DNA from: Lama guanicoe
Taxonomy: Eukaryota
Assembly (NCBI GenBank): GCA_013239625.1
Contig: MU056000.1
Span: forward strand, 7,851,214-7,915,213
Direction of reading: 5' to 3'
Length of the DNA stretch: 64,000 nucleotides
Position 1 is the first letter of the stretch. The number at the start of each line of letters is the position of its first letter. The translations under genes were made by a program, and so were the position numbers. A model generated the notes under the pieces. That model did not search any database, was not told where the DNA came from, and worked only from the letters and a program-made list of their open reading frames with translations. Shown one piece after another: positions 51,736 to 64,000 of this stretch.

Positions 51736-53717
51736 GGGGGAGTGCATTACTCGTTCCAGCAGTATTTCTTCCTCAGGTTGGCTAACATCACCTTTTCAAG
51801 ACTGAGTACTACCCCTCTTCCAAGGGGGAAAAACCCCTTCTGTGAACATCTAACGTCTCCAAGGGGCTACAATGGATCTTCCGGCAGCAGCTGACAAGAA
51901 AAAAAAGGGGCACATGCACCACTGACTCAAGGTGGACCATCTCATGATTCAGAATATGCCTGGAGGAATTATTTCCATCTATCAACCAAATGAAAGCAGG
52001 AGAAGTTGGAATCCTCACAGAACTTGTGGGCTCTATGTCCCTCATTTACAAAACACAAATGTGGTATTGCACCTGCGGTGAGATCAGGACCAGGGACAGA
52101 GGAGAGGAGCCTCCCCCTCTCCCCCAAAAGAGGGACAGGGTTGGGAAGCAAGTCCCTGAGGTGCCCACACCGCCTGAGGTGCCAACAGGAGCAGTGGAAG
52201 GTGGCTTAAGGCATTGTTGGGTCAATCAGAAAAAGCTAAGAAAGGATCAGAAAACAACTTCTTCCCAACTTACAGTTTTACCGAGGGCCTGATTGGCACC
52301 CACCCAAGAGAGATGAAGTCTCTTGCTAGACACTGTCCCGTACGTACATCTGAGCTATAACACATCCGCTTTATTTCCCTCTGCACAAAAAGGTTAAACT
52401 ATGAATGTCATTTTCTCTGTGTGTGTATAATCACACGTATGTGCTTTACTTTAAAAATTATCTAGGTTTAATTATTTTAGTAATGATGAAACTATTATAA
52501 AAGAAGTAATAAAGCCATTCTTATAGTTAACCGACTGGCTATGTATTAAAAGTAAATGGTATAGTAAATCTATACCTCTCTCTCTCCACTTTAGCTGCTC
52601 TGTATAGTATAGTTAATATTCCTAATCTATGATAATATATTTCCCATTCATACAACCTAGTGATTTAAGCTATTAAAATATTATTCCAAAGCTTTAAAAG
52701 GGAAAATGAATTCAAAATGAAGGCAGTATCAGTTAATGGTATAATGAGAAAATGATGTTTTCAGTGTGACCCTAATTAATGCCATATATCCAAATTTATA
52801 ATGAAATCTTAAATTCTATTTTAATCTAGAGTAACTCAAACAAGATGATAAACTTTTTCATTTGCTCTTATTTTGGGGGTCACTAGATTGCCAATACAAA
52901 AAATAACCTTTTGTTTTCTTGAGGTTGAATTTTATCTAAGAATATGAGAATCCTACACATTTCCTGAAGGCAAACATCATCCGAGCTGACATTCACAGAC
53001 GTGAGATGTGATGGTCAGGTCCTTGGTTCTTCCTCCCACAGCCTCCCCTCTCCCAACGGGATCAGAGAGAAAGCTATAGGGTAGACTTGCAGTTCTCTTG
53101 CAGAGTTGTTATTCCTTGCAGGGCTCTGGGTGGCAATGGATGGGTCCCCATACTGCCCTCTTCACTTCCCCTCTGCTTTTCTCCCGGACCCTCCTCCCTT
53201 CAACTTCTCCTTGCACCCAGTTCTTCTGATTTCTTCTTGTATCCAACTTTAGACTCTTGTAAGGCTCCAAGCAAACTCATTTTAAACGCTCATAAAGCAC
53301 AACTCTCTTTGAAAGACAATCAGAGGAAACTCTCTTCTTTGACATGGTACCTATACGGCAAGCGACCTATTTTCCATTTATCCTCCCCATCAATCGCTCC
53401 ACATCCAACAGGCGGGACCCCTGTTTTAGCCCCTACACTATCATTTCAGGCCCATGAACCCTCTTCCCTTACCCTCTTTACCAGTTCATGCAGAATTCTT
53501 CAAAAGTCAAGTCTTAAAAGATTCTAGGTGTAATATTATTGAAACAAAGTCAATAAAATACTATATAATGTTATAGCCAATATATATAATACCACAAAAT
53601 AAAACCCACTAGAAGCATGGCTGTCACAGGGCAGTAAGTTCATGCATATTCATCAGAAATGGTGCAGTGCTGATCATGTGTTAGTTTCCTTCTCTCTCTT
53701 TTAAAAAATATTTCATA

Positions 53718-54590
53718 TGGATATTATTTTTTTAGAGCAGTTTTACATTCACAGCAAAATGGAGCAGAAAGTACAGAGGGTTCCCAAATGCCGCTGTCCT
53801 CACACATGCACAGCCTCCTCCATTATCAACATTCCCCCCAGGGCTGTACCTGTGTTACAATCCGTGAATCTACATCGATGCCATTATCACCCGAAGCAGA
53901 GTTTACATCAGGGTTCACCCGTGGGTGTTGTACATTCTATGAGTCTTGATAAATGCGTGACGAAGTGTATCCACCATTACAGCATCACACAGAAGAATTT
54001 CACTGCCCTAAAAACCCTCTATGCTCTGCCTGTTCACCTCCCTCCCCCAATCCCTGACTCCTGGAAACCACTCATCTTTTCACAGTCTCCACGGTTTTGC
54101 CTTTTCCCGAATGTCACATAGTTGGAATCATCCAGCAAGTAGCGTTTTCAGATTGGCTGCTTTCACCTAGTAATGTGCATTTAAGATTCCTCCATGTCTT
54201 TTCATGGCTTGAAAGCTTGTTTCTTTTTAGTGCTGGATAATTTTCCATTGTCTAGAGGTAACATAGTGTATTTATCCATTCACCTACTAAAAGATATCTT
54301 GGTTGCTTCCAAGTTTTGGCAGTTAGGAAGAAAGCTACTGGAAACATCCTTGTGCAGGTTTCCGTGTGGACATAAGTTTTCAACTTCTTTGGGGAAATAC
54401 CAAGGAGAGCTACTGCTGGATTGTGCAGTGAGAGTATGTTTAGTTTTGCAAGAAACCACCAACCTGTCTTCCAAAGTAGTGGTACCTTTTTGCATTCGCA
54501 CCGGCAGTCCACATCCTCACCGTCATTTGGTGGCGTTTGTGTTCTGGATTTTGGCCTTTCTGATAGATTGCAGTGGTATCTTATCGTTGG
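53718..54590 (-). mobile_element. L1MC1-like 3' region
   Basis: 'tttttagagcagttttacattcacagcaaaatggagcagaaagtacagagggttccc'; ORF 54252-54512 (…KKLKTYVHTETCTRMF…AKTWKQPR…) is an L1 ORF2-like remnant. Confidence 0.88.
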
Positions 54591-55296
54591 GCCTGCTTCT
54601 TTCTTAAGACTGGTTGTGTGATTCCAATTTATTTACATTAATAGAGATGACTGAATAAAAACTATCGATACTGAACTACATAGAGGAAAGCGATGGCTTG
54701 AATTCGGTCTGGACTGAACAAATCTTCTATCTGCTAGTTTCCTGAACTTGCTAGGGAATGACTGGAGAGGGCATTTCACACATAACCTGAATAGACAGTC
54801 TTAAATTCACTTATTAAACGATTCTTTGATATATGGTCCAGTGTAGTTCCTACGTCAATAGCTCACGTTTATTTTTCTGCTTAGCTCTGAACTTCAGGAA
54901 TTTAGGAGAGAGCAGTCTATAAAAAGTAAGGAGGATGGAGGCTGATGAACCCTACACCCAGCAGAAATAAAAATACACTAACCAATCAAACAAAGCAAAA
55001 CTCCCCCAGCTGCCTGTCCTTTTAGCTGGTTTACAAAGAGGACATCCTTAAACCTGATGTAGACAGTCTCTTGGGGATGAAAGCTGGGGTGCATGTGCGA
55101 AGAATCACTAAAACTTACCCAGTTTTCACCAGGGAAGAATGAAAACGGCTTATATATCTTAGCCATGACAATCCACTGTTTAAAAGAATGTTTACAGAAT
55201 TTTTACAATTTAAACTCTAGAACTAAAATTATCTAAAAATCATTCTGGAGTAGGATGCAATGGTTTTCCTCCTTGCCCTTTCATGACAAGGCAGAA

Positions 55297-55346
<50 letters not shown>
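55297..55346. repeat. (TATC)n/(GATA)n tetranucleotide microsatellite, ~12 units
   Basis: Direct observation. Confidence 0.95.
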
Positions 55347-55347
<1 letters not shown>

Positions 55348-56495
55348 ATCCCTTTTACATCAGAAAACAGATGGTTGGGTAATTAAATTAAATACAAGAA
55401 AAATGCAAGTAATGCAATATTACCCATTGCAAAAAATGGGGCCTCACCACTTAATGGACCTGGTACTCTCAGCATTATCTGTGTTTATTGAGAATAAAAT
55501 ATATTTGCCAAATGAACTAGCTATTATCATTAAATTGACATCAACATCAATGAATAATTTAGGACCTATCCAATTACAGCAATGTTTGTATGTTCATGAA
55601 AGTCTTCATAAAATTATAAAGATGAGGATGACGCATGTTGTGTTAAAAAAATTACTTTAACAGGGACCAGAATTCCTCCTGGGAGGCACCTGCCTTCATT
55701 TAGAAAAACACTCTGAAAAGTTGCTTGGAGGCTAGCAGACCCTGAGGGCACCGGCTACTGCTCACCCACTCTGCCTTTGAAAGAGAGAAGAATTTGGAGT
55801 CTGGCTTGAAAGAGAGAAGAGGCTGCAGCAGCCATTTGCTGACCTCTCGCGGGTGAGACAAGGGCCTCAGAGAGCTACCTGCGTGTAGTGTCCCCACCTC
55901 TCTGGGGTCTGTTCCATTCAAAGCAAAACGGATGCCTCTCTGTGCTGGTTTCGTGTGCGAAAAGGAACTAGGCTGGACCTGAGATGCAAAGTAAATTTAA
56001 GTAAGAGTCTGCAGGACTGAAAACATGCAGTGCTTCTTCCTCTTGCTCTAGGCACTTAAGCACAATCAAGTCCTCGCGTCCGAGATCTGGTTTATAGAAG
56101 GAAGGCTGACTAACAAGAGGTACTACAGACTCAAGGATTTCAGTAAATTTCCAATTAACTGCTACTTTTCAATGGTGTTGGTAAAAAAAAAATAGATTTA
56201 GTTGCTTTCTGTTCCTTATTAATGTTTAAAAATTAAGTAAATTTCTCTGCTTAAAAAGCCACTGGAAGATACAGAGTCTGTGGATCTGAAACCAAAAGGC
56301 TTAACCAGAGCTGACCGAATCTCACTGTCAACTTTAATGTGGAAATTGTAAAGTTATCACTTTGCCAAATACATATCTTACCTCACTGAACTCCATCCCT
56401 CGTCCTTATAGTCAAGCCAGTTAAACAATCAGGGCTTCCAGTATCATCTGCACTGATGTATGTACATGTAGTTGCCTCTGAGTAAAGTAGAAGTG

Positions 56496-56835
56496 TTTAA
56501 CAGAGCAAGACCCTATAGGGCCTTCCCCGGACAGAACCTCCCCCACCCCATCCTCTGCTGGAGCTCTTCTCCGAGGTACCCAGATAATAGTATCTGAGGC
56601 ACATTTCCTGAGTTGCTTTACAGATGCAAAACCCACCACCAAATGACCATGAGCACGTAGCCCCGAGACCTACTGGTTCCTAAGGATTGATGCTGTTAGC
56701 CTTTACCACCTCCCCATCAACCAGAGAATTGTGCACGAGCTGATCACATACCCTGGGACTCCGCCTCCCCCACCTTGCCTTTAAAAATGCTTCCCTGAAA
56801 TCTACTGGGGAGTTCAGGTGTTTTGAGCACCATGA
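56496..56835 (+). mobile_element. 3'-truncated ERV1-type LTR
   Basis: 'aacagagcaagaccctatagggccttcccc…gagctgatcacataccctgggac…cctttaaaaatgcttccctgaaa…ggggagttcaggtgttttgagca'; no poly(A) signal or terminal CA region seen. Confidence 0.7.
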
Positions 56836-58779
56836 CCAGTGAAAGGCATACAATTCAGAGTTACAACTTCATAAATTTCATTTAGTGTATAACCTGTGTA
56901 TTATTGAATATGTCATCAATCCAGTCTGGCATCTAACTAATGAGATGATATAAGGGATATATTTATTCTAGAATGAACTGTATGAATTGTGTCGATCATT
57001 TAAAAAATAATATCTAAATGTGCCGCATCGATATTGCACCCATGAGATGTTTTGCTGGATATATTTCCAAGGCAAGTACAGTGAATTAATTAAGCTATAT
57101 TTTAAAAAGAACAGAAATGCAATGATTTTTCTTCTTATAGTAACTTAATTGACCAGAAAAAAGGCATTCAAATTAATTGAGGTGATTCTAGTTCTTAGAA
57201 AAAGGATTTTTCCCCCCTGAAACAGAATTTGTAGGCAAAAAGAGAGAGAAGGACTATGTTTTGATTTTGTTCACAAATTAGCTTCTAATAAACAGATGAA
57301 AAAATGCAACCGTTAGCAAAAGATACAACCAGGAACACACTAAAAGGTCTCAGAAGATTGTAGCCACATGGAGATTTTCCAGGTGCTACTCATTCGCTGT
57401 GACAGGATGTGTAAGGGTTTGGTTTTGTCTCTGTGTCCAGTAGAATGCTCGCTGGCTTTTGAAACTGACATGGAAAGAATTTTAAAAGTCTATAAATACA
57501 TTATTCTTGCTCTTTGATTTCCCTTATTTTTCTAATCCAAAGGTCTTGGATTCCTAGAATCTTTGTCACCCTTGACAGATTTCCAAATCCAGCTGCCACC
57601 CCACTGCCCACTGAACATGTCCTCAGCTGGTACTGAAGGCCATGGCAGAGGTAACCACATAAACATAGAGCAAAATGAACATCTTGAAAGGGGAGAATCT
57701 AAACTTTTTTTTCTTTTTTTTAACTATCCTCGATTTAAGAGAGGTAGCTGATACGTTCTAGTTTTGTATTAGTAACAGGTTCCTGTCCATGACTCTGGTT
57801 AAAGAAAACCAGTTCTCGTATAAATCTCTGAAATGATCTATTTTACAATAGTTTGAACTTTCACATTCTCAACACCCTCATGATCTGATCATTTAAAAAG
57901 ATAAAAATAAGAGGGGAAAAGCCCTTCATTTTGGTCTGAATGTGAATTGTTGTTCCACTCGGCGATGCATTTCACAAGACACTTTACAAGGAAAAACATA
58001 CCTGAACCACTGCAAACAAATTACACCCACCACAGTCCTCGGCCCTTTCGATTCCCCGCATGTTAAGTGCGATCATGAGCAGAGAAGTTTTCTCAACGTT
58101 CCCCGATCTCAGAATGAAATACAGTCAACCTAAGTAGACAAAATGCAGGCAGCGGATTCTCTACTGAAAACCTTGCTGCCACCAGTGATGCGGGCAGGAG
58201 GTGGAAAGGGGCCTCAGAGCTGCCCGCCTGGGGGCTGGGCGCTCACACCCTCCACAAGCCCTCCTTGGCGCTCAGAACTGCTGCGAGTTTCAACATTCCT
58301 CTGCCAGAGCACGCAGGGAAAGCCCCCTCATCTCCCTTTTTTTTTTTTTTTTTAAAAAGGAAGAATTTCAAGTGATATCACTCAGACGCACTCAACGTGT
58401 TCCCAATAAGCCTAATGGCTTCCATCACATGGCATAAGTTTTGAACTGTCCTTGCGGATACAAAATACAAACTCACTAAGTAGTGACCATTGCAAAGAAC
58501 CCCTCCAATAGAAGCCTCCCTCACTGTGTTCCAAACTGAACCCAACCCAACACAGTGTGAGTGGCAAAGCAAAATTCATGTACTGTTCAGCATCTCATAA
58601 GACAGTTTTAGAGGAACACACACAAATTTTGCATACACAAACCTGTGTAAGGCAGATGTATAACTATTTGAAAAGTATTAAAACATCTCAGAACGTGCAT
58701 GTAGGAAATCCACAAATTTCACCCCCGAAGCTTTCATTGTTGCACAGGTTAGACAGTCCCCTACGTGGCTGATGGTTAT

Positions 58780-59570
58780 GGTGCCCAGTCTGTTCAGGTG
58801 CTGGGCTCAGAGGTGGGGGAGATGGACCAAGCCCTTCCCTTACAGAAATTAGGTAAAGAAACCAGCAAAGAAGCTAATACGATCATTTCAACAGAGAGGA
58901 AGAGAGGCAGCTTTACCTGAAGGAGGACCGAGCAATTTTCTAACTATAACTTTGATCCTTAAAGAGGATTCATCAAATTGTACCAGTGTTAAGCCCCTCA
59001 ATATCCAGATCTTCCCTGGTGGTAAGAACCACAGAGAAGAAATGAGAAGTTAGGAAAAGAGGACAGAGCATTCAGGAAGGTGCTGCACGGGGCTGGTCAG
59101 GATACCATGATTAGGGAACATCTGAGCAGAGACCAAGCACATGAGGGAGTGATGGAGGGGCCCGAGGAAGGGCAAGGAGGCCAGCGTGGCTGGGGCACAG
59201 TGAAGGCGAGATGAGATGGGGTGACGGCAGGATTGTGCAGGCCTGGTCCTGGGGGCTTTTGGCTTCGCTGAGGGCATTGAGTTTACTCCGAAGATGGGAA
59301 TGAGAGTTGACCTAACATGCTGTTTTAAAGATGGCTGTACATGTCCCATGGGGAACAGAATGTAGGGGCCCAAAGGCTAGATGACGGATGCCAGTTAGGG
59401 GCTGCCCAGATTGTCCCAGTGTGAGCAACCTGGTAGCTTTTGATCGGATTGATGGGCACGCAAGTGCTAAGAAATAGTCAAATTCCACATCTGTTTTGCA
59501 GGCAGGATGGAAAATACGGGGTCTGATGGGAAGAAAGGAATCACTAGTGACTAAGGGTTTTGGCCTTTTA
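58780..59570 (-). mobile_element. L2 LINE fragment(s)
   Basis: 'acatctgagcagagacc', 'gcaaggaggccagcgtggctggggcacagtga', 'tgttttaaagatggctg'. Confidence 0.65.
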
Positions 59571-60038
59571 TTTTTAAGAAACAAGCGTGTTGATAATCAT
59601 CACTGTGGTAGTTTTTGGTTGACTGACAGATGGCACAGTGTTTATGAAAGACACAGCCTCTCATTTAAATTTCTGTTTCATTGGCAGTGTGAAAGCACAC
59701 ATTTTAAAAATTGCAATTCTTTTATTACTGCCAAATGGAAAATAACATCCTTCTAAAATATAAAATTATGCTAAATACAGACATAGCAATAATAGAGAAA
59801 TTGTTTCGTATCTTAGGTAGCCTATGGTTATAACAAATAACGAATATTAAAGAGAACCTAATATATTCCACCCAAAGGAGTTGACAGATGTGGAGAGAAA
59901 ACTTTTCTATGCATTCATTTTATTTAAGTTAAATGTCTAAATTTTAAAAAATTTAAACTTTGTCAGGTAAGACTTCTGTTAATATCCATAAAAATTGGAT
60001 GGAATGTAAAATTTGCTTAATTGTTTTCTTATTATGCA

Positions 60039-60545
60039 TGTGAATGAAAAATACTGCCAGCCGTATCAGTAAGCAAAGGATGCTGCGGCCATCAAGTCAT
60101 CAGCTGCTACCGCCACCCCCAACAGTGAACGGAGGGAACTCAGGATGCAGACAAGGAGGCAGCTGGCCTCTGCTGTCACCGGCAGCGGTGCCGCCTGGGG
60201 GAGCTCAGGATGGGAAAGAACGGGACACTGGCCCTAGTCAGCTAGGCGCAGATCGAAGGAGTCATTTCATGAGCCCAGACCTTTGCACCTTCCCACACTT
60301 AGAAAAGCGCTAAATCCTTTAAGTTGAGATGTCTGGTTTTCTTTAATAAACAGTAATCTTTTAATGTTCTGACTACCTGGTCTTTGTTGTAAAAACTCTT
60401 GTACATCCTGGCTCCTCCCCTACCTCTTCAGAGCAGCCCCGCAGAGTGATCTGAGAGGCTGCCATCCCGGGCTGAGTCCTCAGAAAGTCTGCCGAATAAA
60501 ACATAACTCCCAACTTTTACGTTGTACATTTTATTTCAGCCGACA
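60039..60545 (+). mobile_element. Complete solo ERV1 LTR, 507 bp
   Basis: TG…CA termini; perfect 4-bp TSD TGCA (60035-60038 and 60546-60549); AATAAA near 60495. Confidence 0.88.
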
Positions 60546-61043
60546 TGCATACGTCTTTTTTCTTTTTTCTATTTTAGGCGATGAAGTTACCAACATGTTC
60601 TGAAGATAAATCTGCTCACACGCTCCCTTGTGAGAGTAATAGGCAATATTCACTGCACTAAACATTTGCTGAGAAAAGAATTTTAGTTTTGCTCAGTTCA
60701 ACTGACGTTTCCTAGGCACTGCTCTGTGATTCTTAAGGATCCCATGGATTAAATAAAAGAAAAATATAGAGGAACAAACAAGGTTTTCTGAAGCCCACAG
60801 GATGGGCATGAAACCAGCCTCCTTGGGGAGTGGGGGAACTACTCCTGGAAGAAACGACGGCAGAGTTAACTTTAAGGTGTTTGAAACTGGTGAACCATAC
60901 AGTGTAGAACATGGTTAAATTCTAACATGTCTGGGGAAGTCTGTGCTTTTTAAAGTAGGGGACATGGATAGTAGAGTTGGGGGAAAGAGTAGGCATCATG
61001 GCGGTTCATATTCTTGGCCCTTATATTTACGAAGACTGGGGGA

Positions 61044-61047
61044 ATTA

Positions 61048-61100
<53 letters not shown>
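61044..61100. repeat. (TTA)n microsatellite
   Basis: Direct observation; source of the poly-Leu/poly-Ile pseudo-ORFs. Confidence 0.95.
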
Positions 61101-61103
<3 letters not shown>

Positions 61104-62405
61104 ATCAGACTTGGACACTTTATGGAGTACTATATAAGATTTGTGGGATTTTAAAGAAAAAACACAGAATGTAAGGGAATGGTATGCTTTCAGAAAGCTC
61201 CTCTGGCCAACAGTGCCCAATTCCTGCAGCTCACATGGAGGATGGCTCTCAAGAGGGATCAGCAGTGGGAAGCTGGAGGGGATGGGAGGCGCATGGAGAG
61301 GGGCACCTGCTGGCACAGAGCACCTTCCACAGGTGGGACACAGGGACAGCTGTGGATGCCAGCAAGAGACCAGGCTGGGGATGGAACAGAAAACCACATG
61401 AACAAGGAAGATCTGAGGTGCTAGCACGTGGAGACCCACCCCTGCTTTTTTGAGCAGAGGAATGATATAGGAAGTTGCGACAATCAGGCAAGAGAATTAA
61501 CCAGACAGACAGCACCTGTGTGTAGTGTGTGTCGTGCAGAAGTATATCCTAGACTGGAAACATTTTCCAACCATTTTTCTGGCTTCTTGGAATTTATAAA
61601 GAGTATCACATGCAGGTGGGGCTTCCCACACCTCTCGGTCATTTATTTAAATTAACTTCGATTTTCTTCTTTTGATAACTCTGTGCTCTGAGCCCAGCAA
61701 AGTAACTGGAGACACCCGTTTGGTATTTCTCCACTTAGCTCTGCCCCCCAAGTCAAAGTGGAGGCTGCAGGGGATCCCAGAAGCTGAGCAAAAGGCAAAG
61801 CCCTAAGTTCTATCACTCAGAGCTCCTGGGGCTCCCCACTGACGTCTGTCGGGTTCAGCCACTGTGACCAGCTCTTTTGAGAATCCACAAACTGGACCAT
61901 GTCAGCTTCACCTCCTCACATGTTTCTCTTGAACACGAAGAAAGCTGTTACCAGGGAAATCTGTTTGCAACATGGCAACTGGAAATACGAGTTATTCCAT
62001 GATACTGCTCAGCTGATGAAATGTTATACACTCTTCATGTGGTCCATCAGCCCAAGCAGAACACTTATATGACACTTGGATCTTGGCATAATAAGAAAAC
62101 ACACGTGTTTGCGGCATCTGTGACCTCTGAAATTTAAAAAATTATGTACTAAGAAATCCCATCAAGTGCAATGCGGTGCATCCTAAACCCGTGTGTCAGC
62201 CTTAATGAAGAAAGAGACATTATTCTAGGCATCCTGTGGATGGTTATTGCAAAAATGCTGACAGCACCACAACTGTCCTAGTACTTTTAGTAAGTTAGTG
62301 GTGCTAAATCGCACCCACGTCTATAATTTTATATGCATACATACTATCATTTTGCACACATATAATAATATACAATAAATGCATGTACAAATAAGCATAT
62401 ATGTA

Positions 62406-62907
62406 TAAACATCCCTCCCTTTATTGTACTTTGCTTTACTGCAATTCACAGACCTTGCTCTTTTTTTTTCCACAAATTGAAGGTTTATGGCAACCCTGTG
62501 TCAAGCAGGTTTATCAGTGCCATTTTTCCAACAGCATTTGCCCATTCTATGTCTGCACCACATTTTGGTAATTCTCACAATATTTCAAACTTTTTCATTA
62601 TTACTATACTTGTAATGGCGACTTGTGATCAGCGATCTCTGATGTTACTGTTGAAACAAGATTATGACTAGCTGAAGGCTCACATGATGGTTAGCATTGT
62701 TTAGCAATAAAGTCTTTTTCTAACTAAGGTATGTACATTTTTTTTAGGTATAATGCTATGGCACACTTAATAGACTGTAGTATAGTGTAAACATAACTTT
62801 TATCCACACTGGGAAACCAAAAACGATCGTGTGACTTGCTTTACTTCGAGGCACGATTTACTACGGCGGTCTGGAACTGAACCCGCAGTATCTCTGAGGG
62901 CTGCCTG
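62406..62907 (+). mobile_element. Tigger1 internal-deletion derivative (Tigger1a_Art-like)
   Basis: Tigger1 left end ('acaaattgaaggtttatggcaaccctgtgtcaagc') fused to the right end ('gctgaaggctcacatgatggttagca…tatctctgagggctgcctg'); TA flanks. Confidence 0.88.
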
Positions 62908-63689
62908 TAGGGATGTATCTAAAAGGGGCGGCAATTCAGAAATATCTCCTTTCCTTTTCTTTGCCACAATGGGATTCATTCAGCTCCTTCCATTATTTTA
63001 TTCCAATTTAAACTCTGTAGCATCCATTTTTTCTTGCTCTTACACCCCACTGCTTGTGGGTTCCGAAGACCTGCCGAAATAGGTATTTTACCTTCCAATA
63101 AATAGCCACAGAGATTGAAAAGATGGTTATTTCTTTACAGGAATAATTTCAGTTTAAAGATCTTCAGCCCTGGAGTGTGTCAGATTAAACGACTGGAACC
63201 CCAATTATAAATAACAAAATGCTCTGATTTTGCTCTGTTTTCAGACTTTAACTCTCTGCATAGTTTATCAATACTGTTTTTAAAAACCTTCAACATATAA
63301 AATGCCAGGTGAAAAAAAGTTTCCTTATCTAATTCTGCATTTAAAAGTTACTGGATACATAAAAGCCTTGGTTTGCATTTTAAATTCTTTAAGAATTTAC
63401 AAACGTGTGTGTTATTGCATACATTTTTTCCCCCAGACTAGAAGGAAAGAGATGGTTGTCCTTGATTTTTAACAGGCTGGTAGATTTGGAGCACTAATAA
63501 TGAAGCAGGGGCTTAGGCAAGAATTTTGTTTTGTTTTAAAATTCTGCATGTACAGTAGTCAGAATCCACTTGACCTGATAAACCACCCAAAATAGCACAT
63601 TCACCCCACATCCCGTCCCCTCCTCTTCCAGACCACAACCTTTCTCTGGATTTCTCCTCCGCTCCCATTTACCACCTGATATATTTCAT

Positions 63690-63820
63690 ATATATGTTTG
63701 ATTTTCTGCCCCACTCCCACCCAGAGGGATTTCAGACCATGAGAGCAGAGGTCGTACCTGGTTTACTGAATACTGAATCCCCAGGGCTGAGAGGAGTACC
63801 TGGCACACAGCAGGAAATCC
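63690..63820 (+). mobile_element. L2 3' end
   Basis: 'ccatgagagcagagg…tgaatccccagggct…gtacctggcacacagcagg'. Confidence 0.65.
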
Positions 63821-63839
63821 ATATTATTATACTTTTTGC

Positions 63840-63932
63840 ACCCTTTTTGTAATTGAAGTATAGTCAGTTTACAAGACTGTGTCAATTTCTGGTGTGCAGC
63901 ATACTGTTTCAGTCTTACATACACATACATAG
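63840..63932 (-). mobile_element. L1 3' end
   Basis: 'aattgaagtatagtcagtttacaa…tgtcaatttctggtgtgcagcata'. Confidence 0.8.
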
Positions 63933-64000
63933 TTTTGAGGATGAACTTTGAAATTTTGAAATAAAGCCAACTTTCATAATCTATCTTTCAGGAGAAATGT

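Noticed and set aside
60977..61174. Poly-Leu signal-peptide or transmembrane-like ORF
   Set aside because: Translation of the (TTA)n microsatellite.
1..64000. CRISPR array, operon or other prokaryote-type system; full-length provirus or intact transposase
   Set aside because: The window is mammalian intron/exon sequence. I saw no repeat-spacer arrays, the LTRs are dissimilar solo copies without gag/pol/env between them, and the DNA transposons are non-autonomous relics.

Overview
Mammalian, repeat-rich intronic DNA from the CTNND2 (delta-catenin) gene on the minus strand. Two coding exons with canonical AG/GT splice sites encode armadillo repeats: 49770-49983 (214 bp) and 7897-8080 (184 bp). 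They join in frame across a 41,689-bp intron and, from my recollection of the human gene, correspond to exons 11 and 12. A tRNA-derived Vic-1-like SINE points to a camelid (alpaca/llama/camel). The rest is intron filled with L1, L2, HAL1, MIR, MaLR and ERV1 LTRs, MER58A, Tigger relics and microsatellites. Nearly all listed ORFs are spurious. I found no convincing new biological system. The best leads are a TSD-bounded chimeric retro-insertion carrying non-L1 sequence and a sense poly(A) signal (50579-51032), an apparent Ala->Thr change at a conserved armadillo position, and several candidate regulatory or RNA-structure elements. Repeat subfamily names are by eye from remembered consensus sequences; their boundaries are approximate unless TSDs are quoted.
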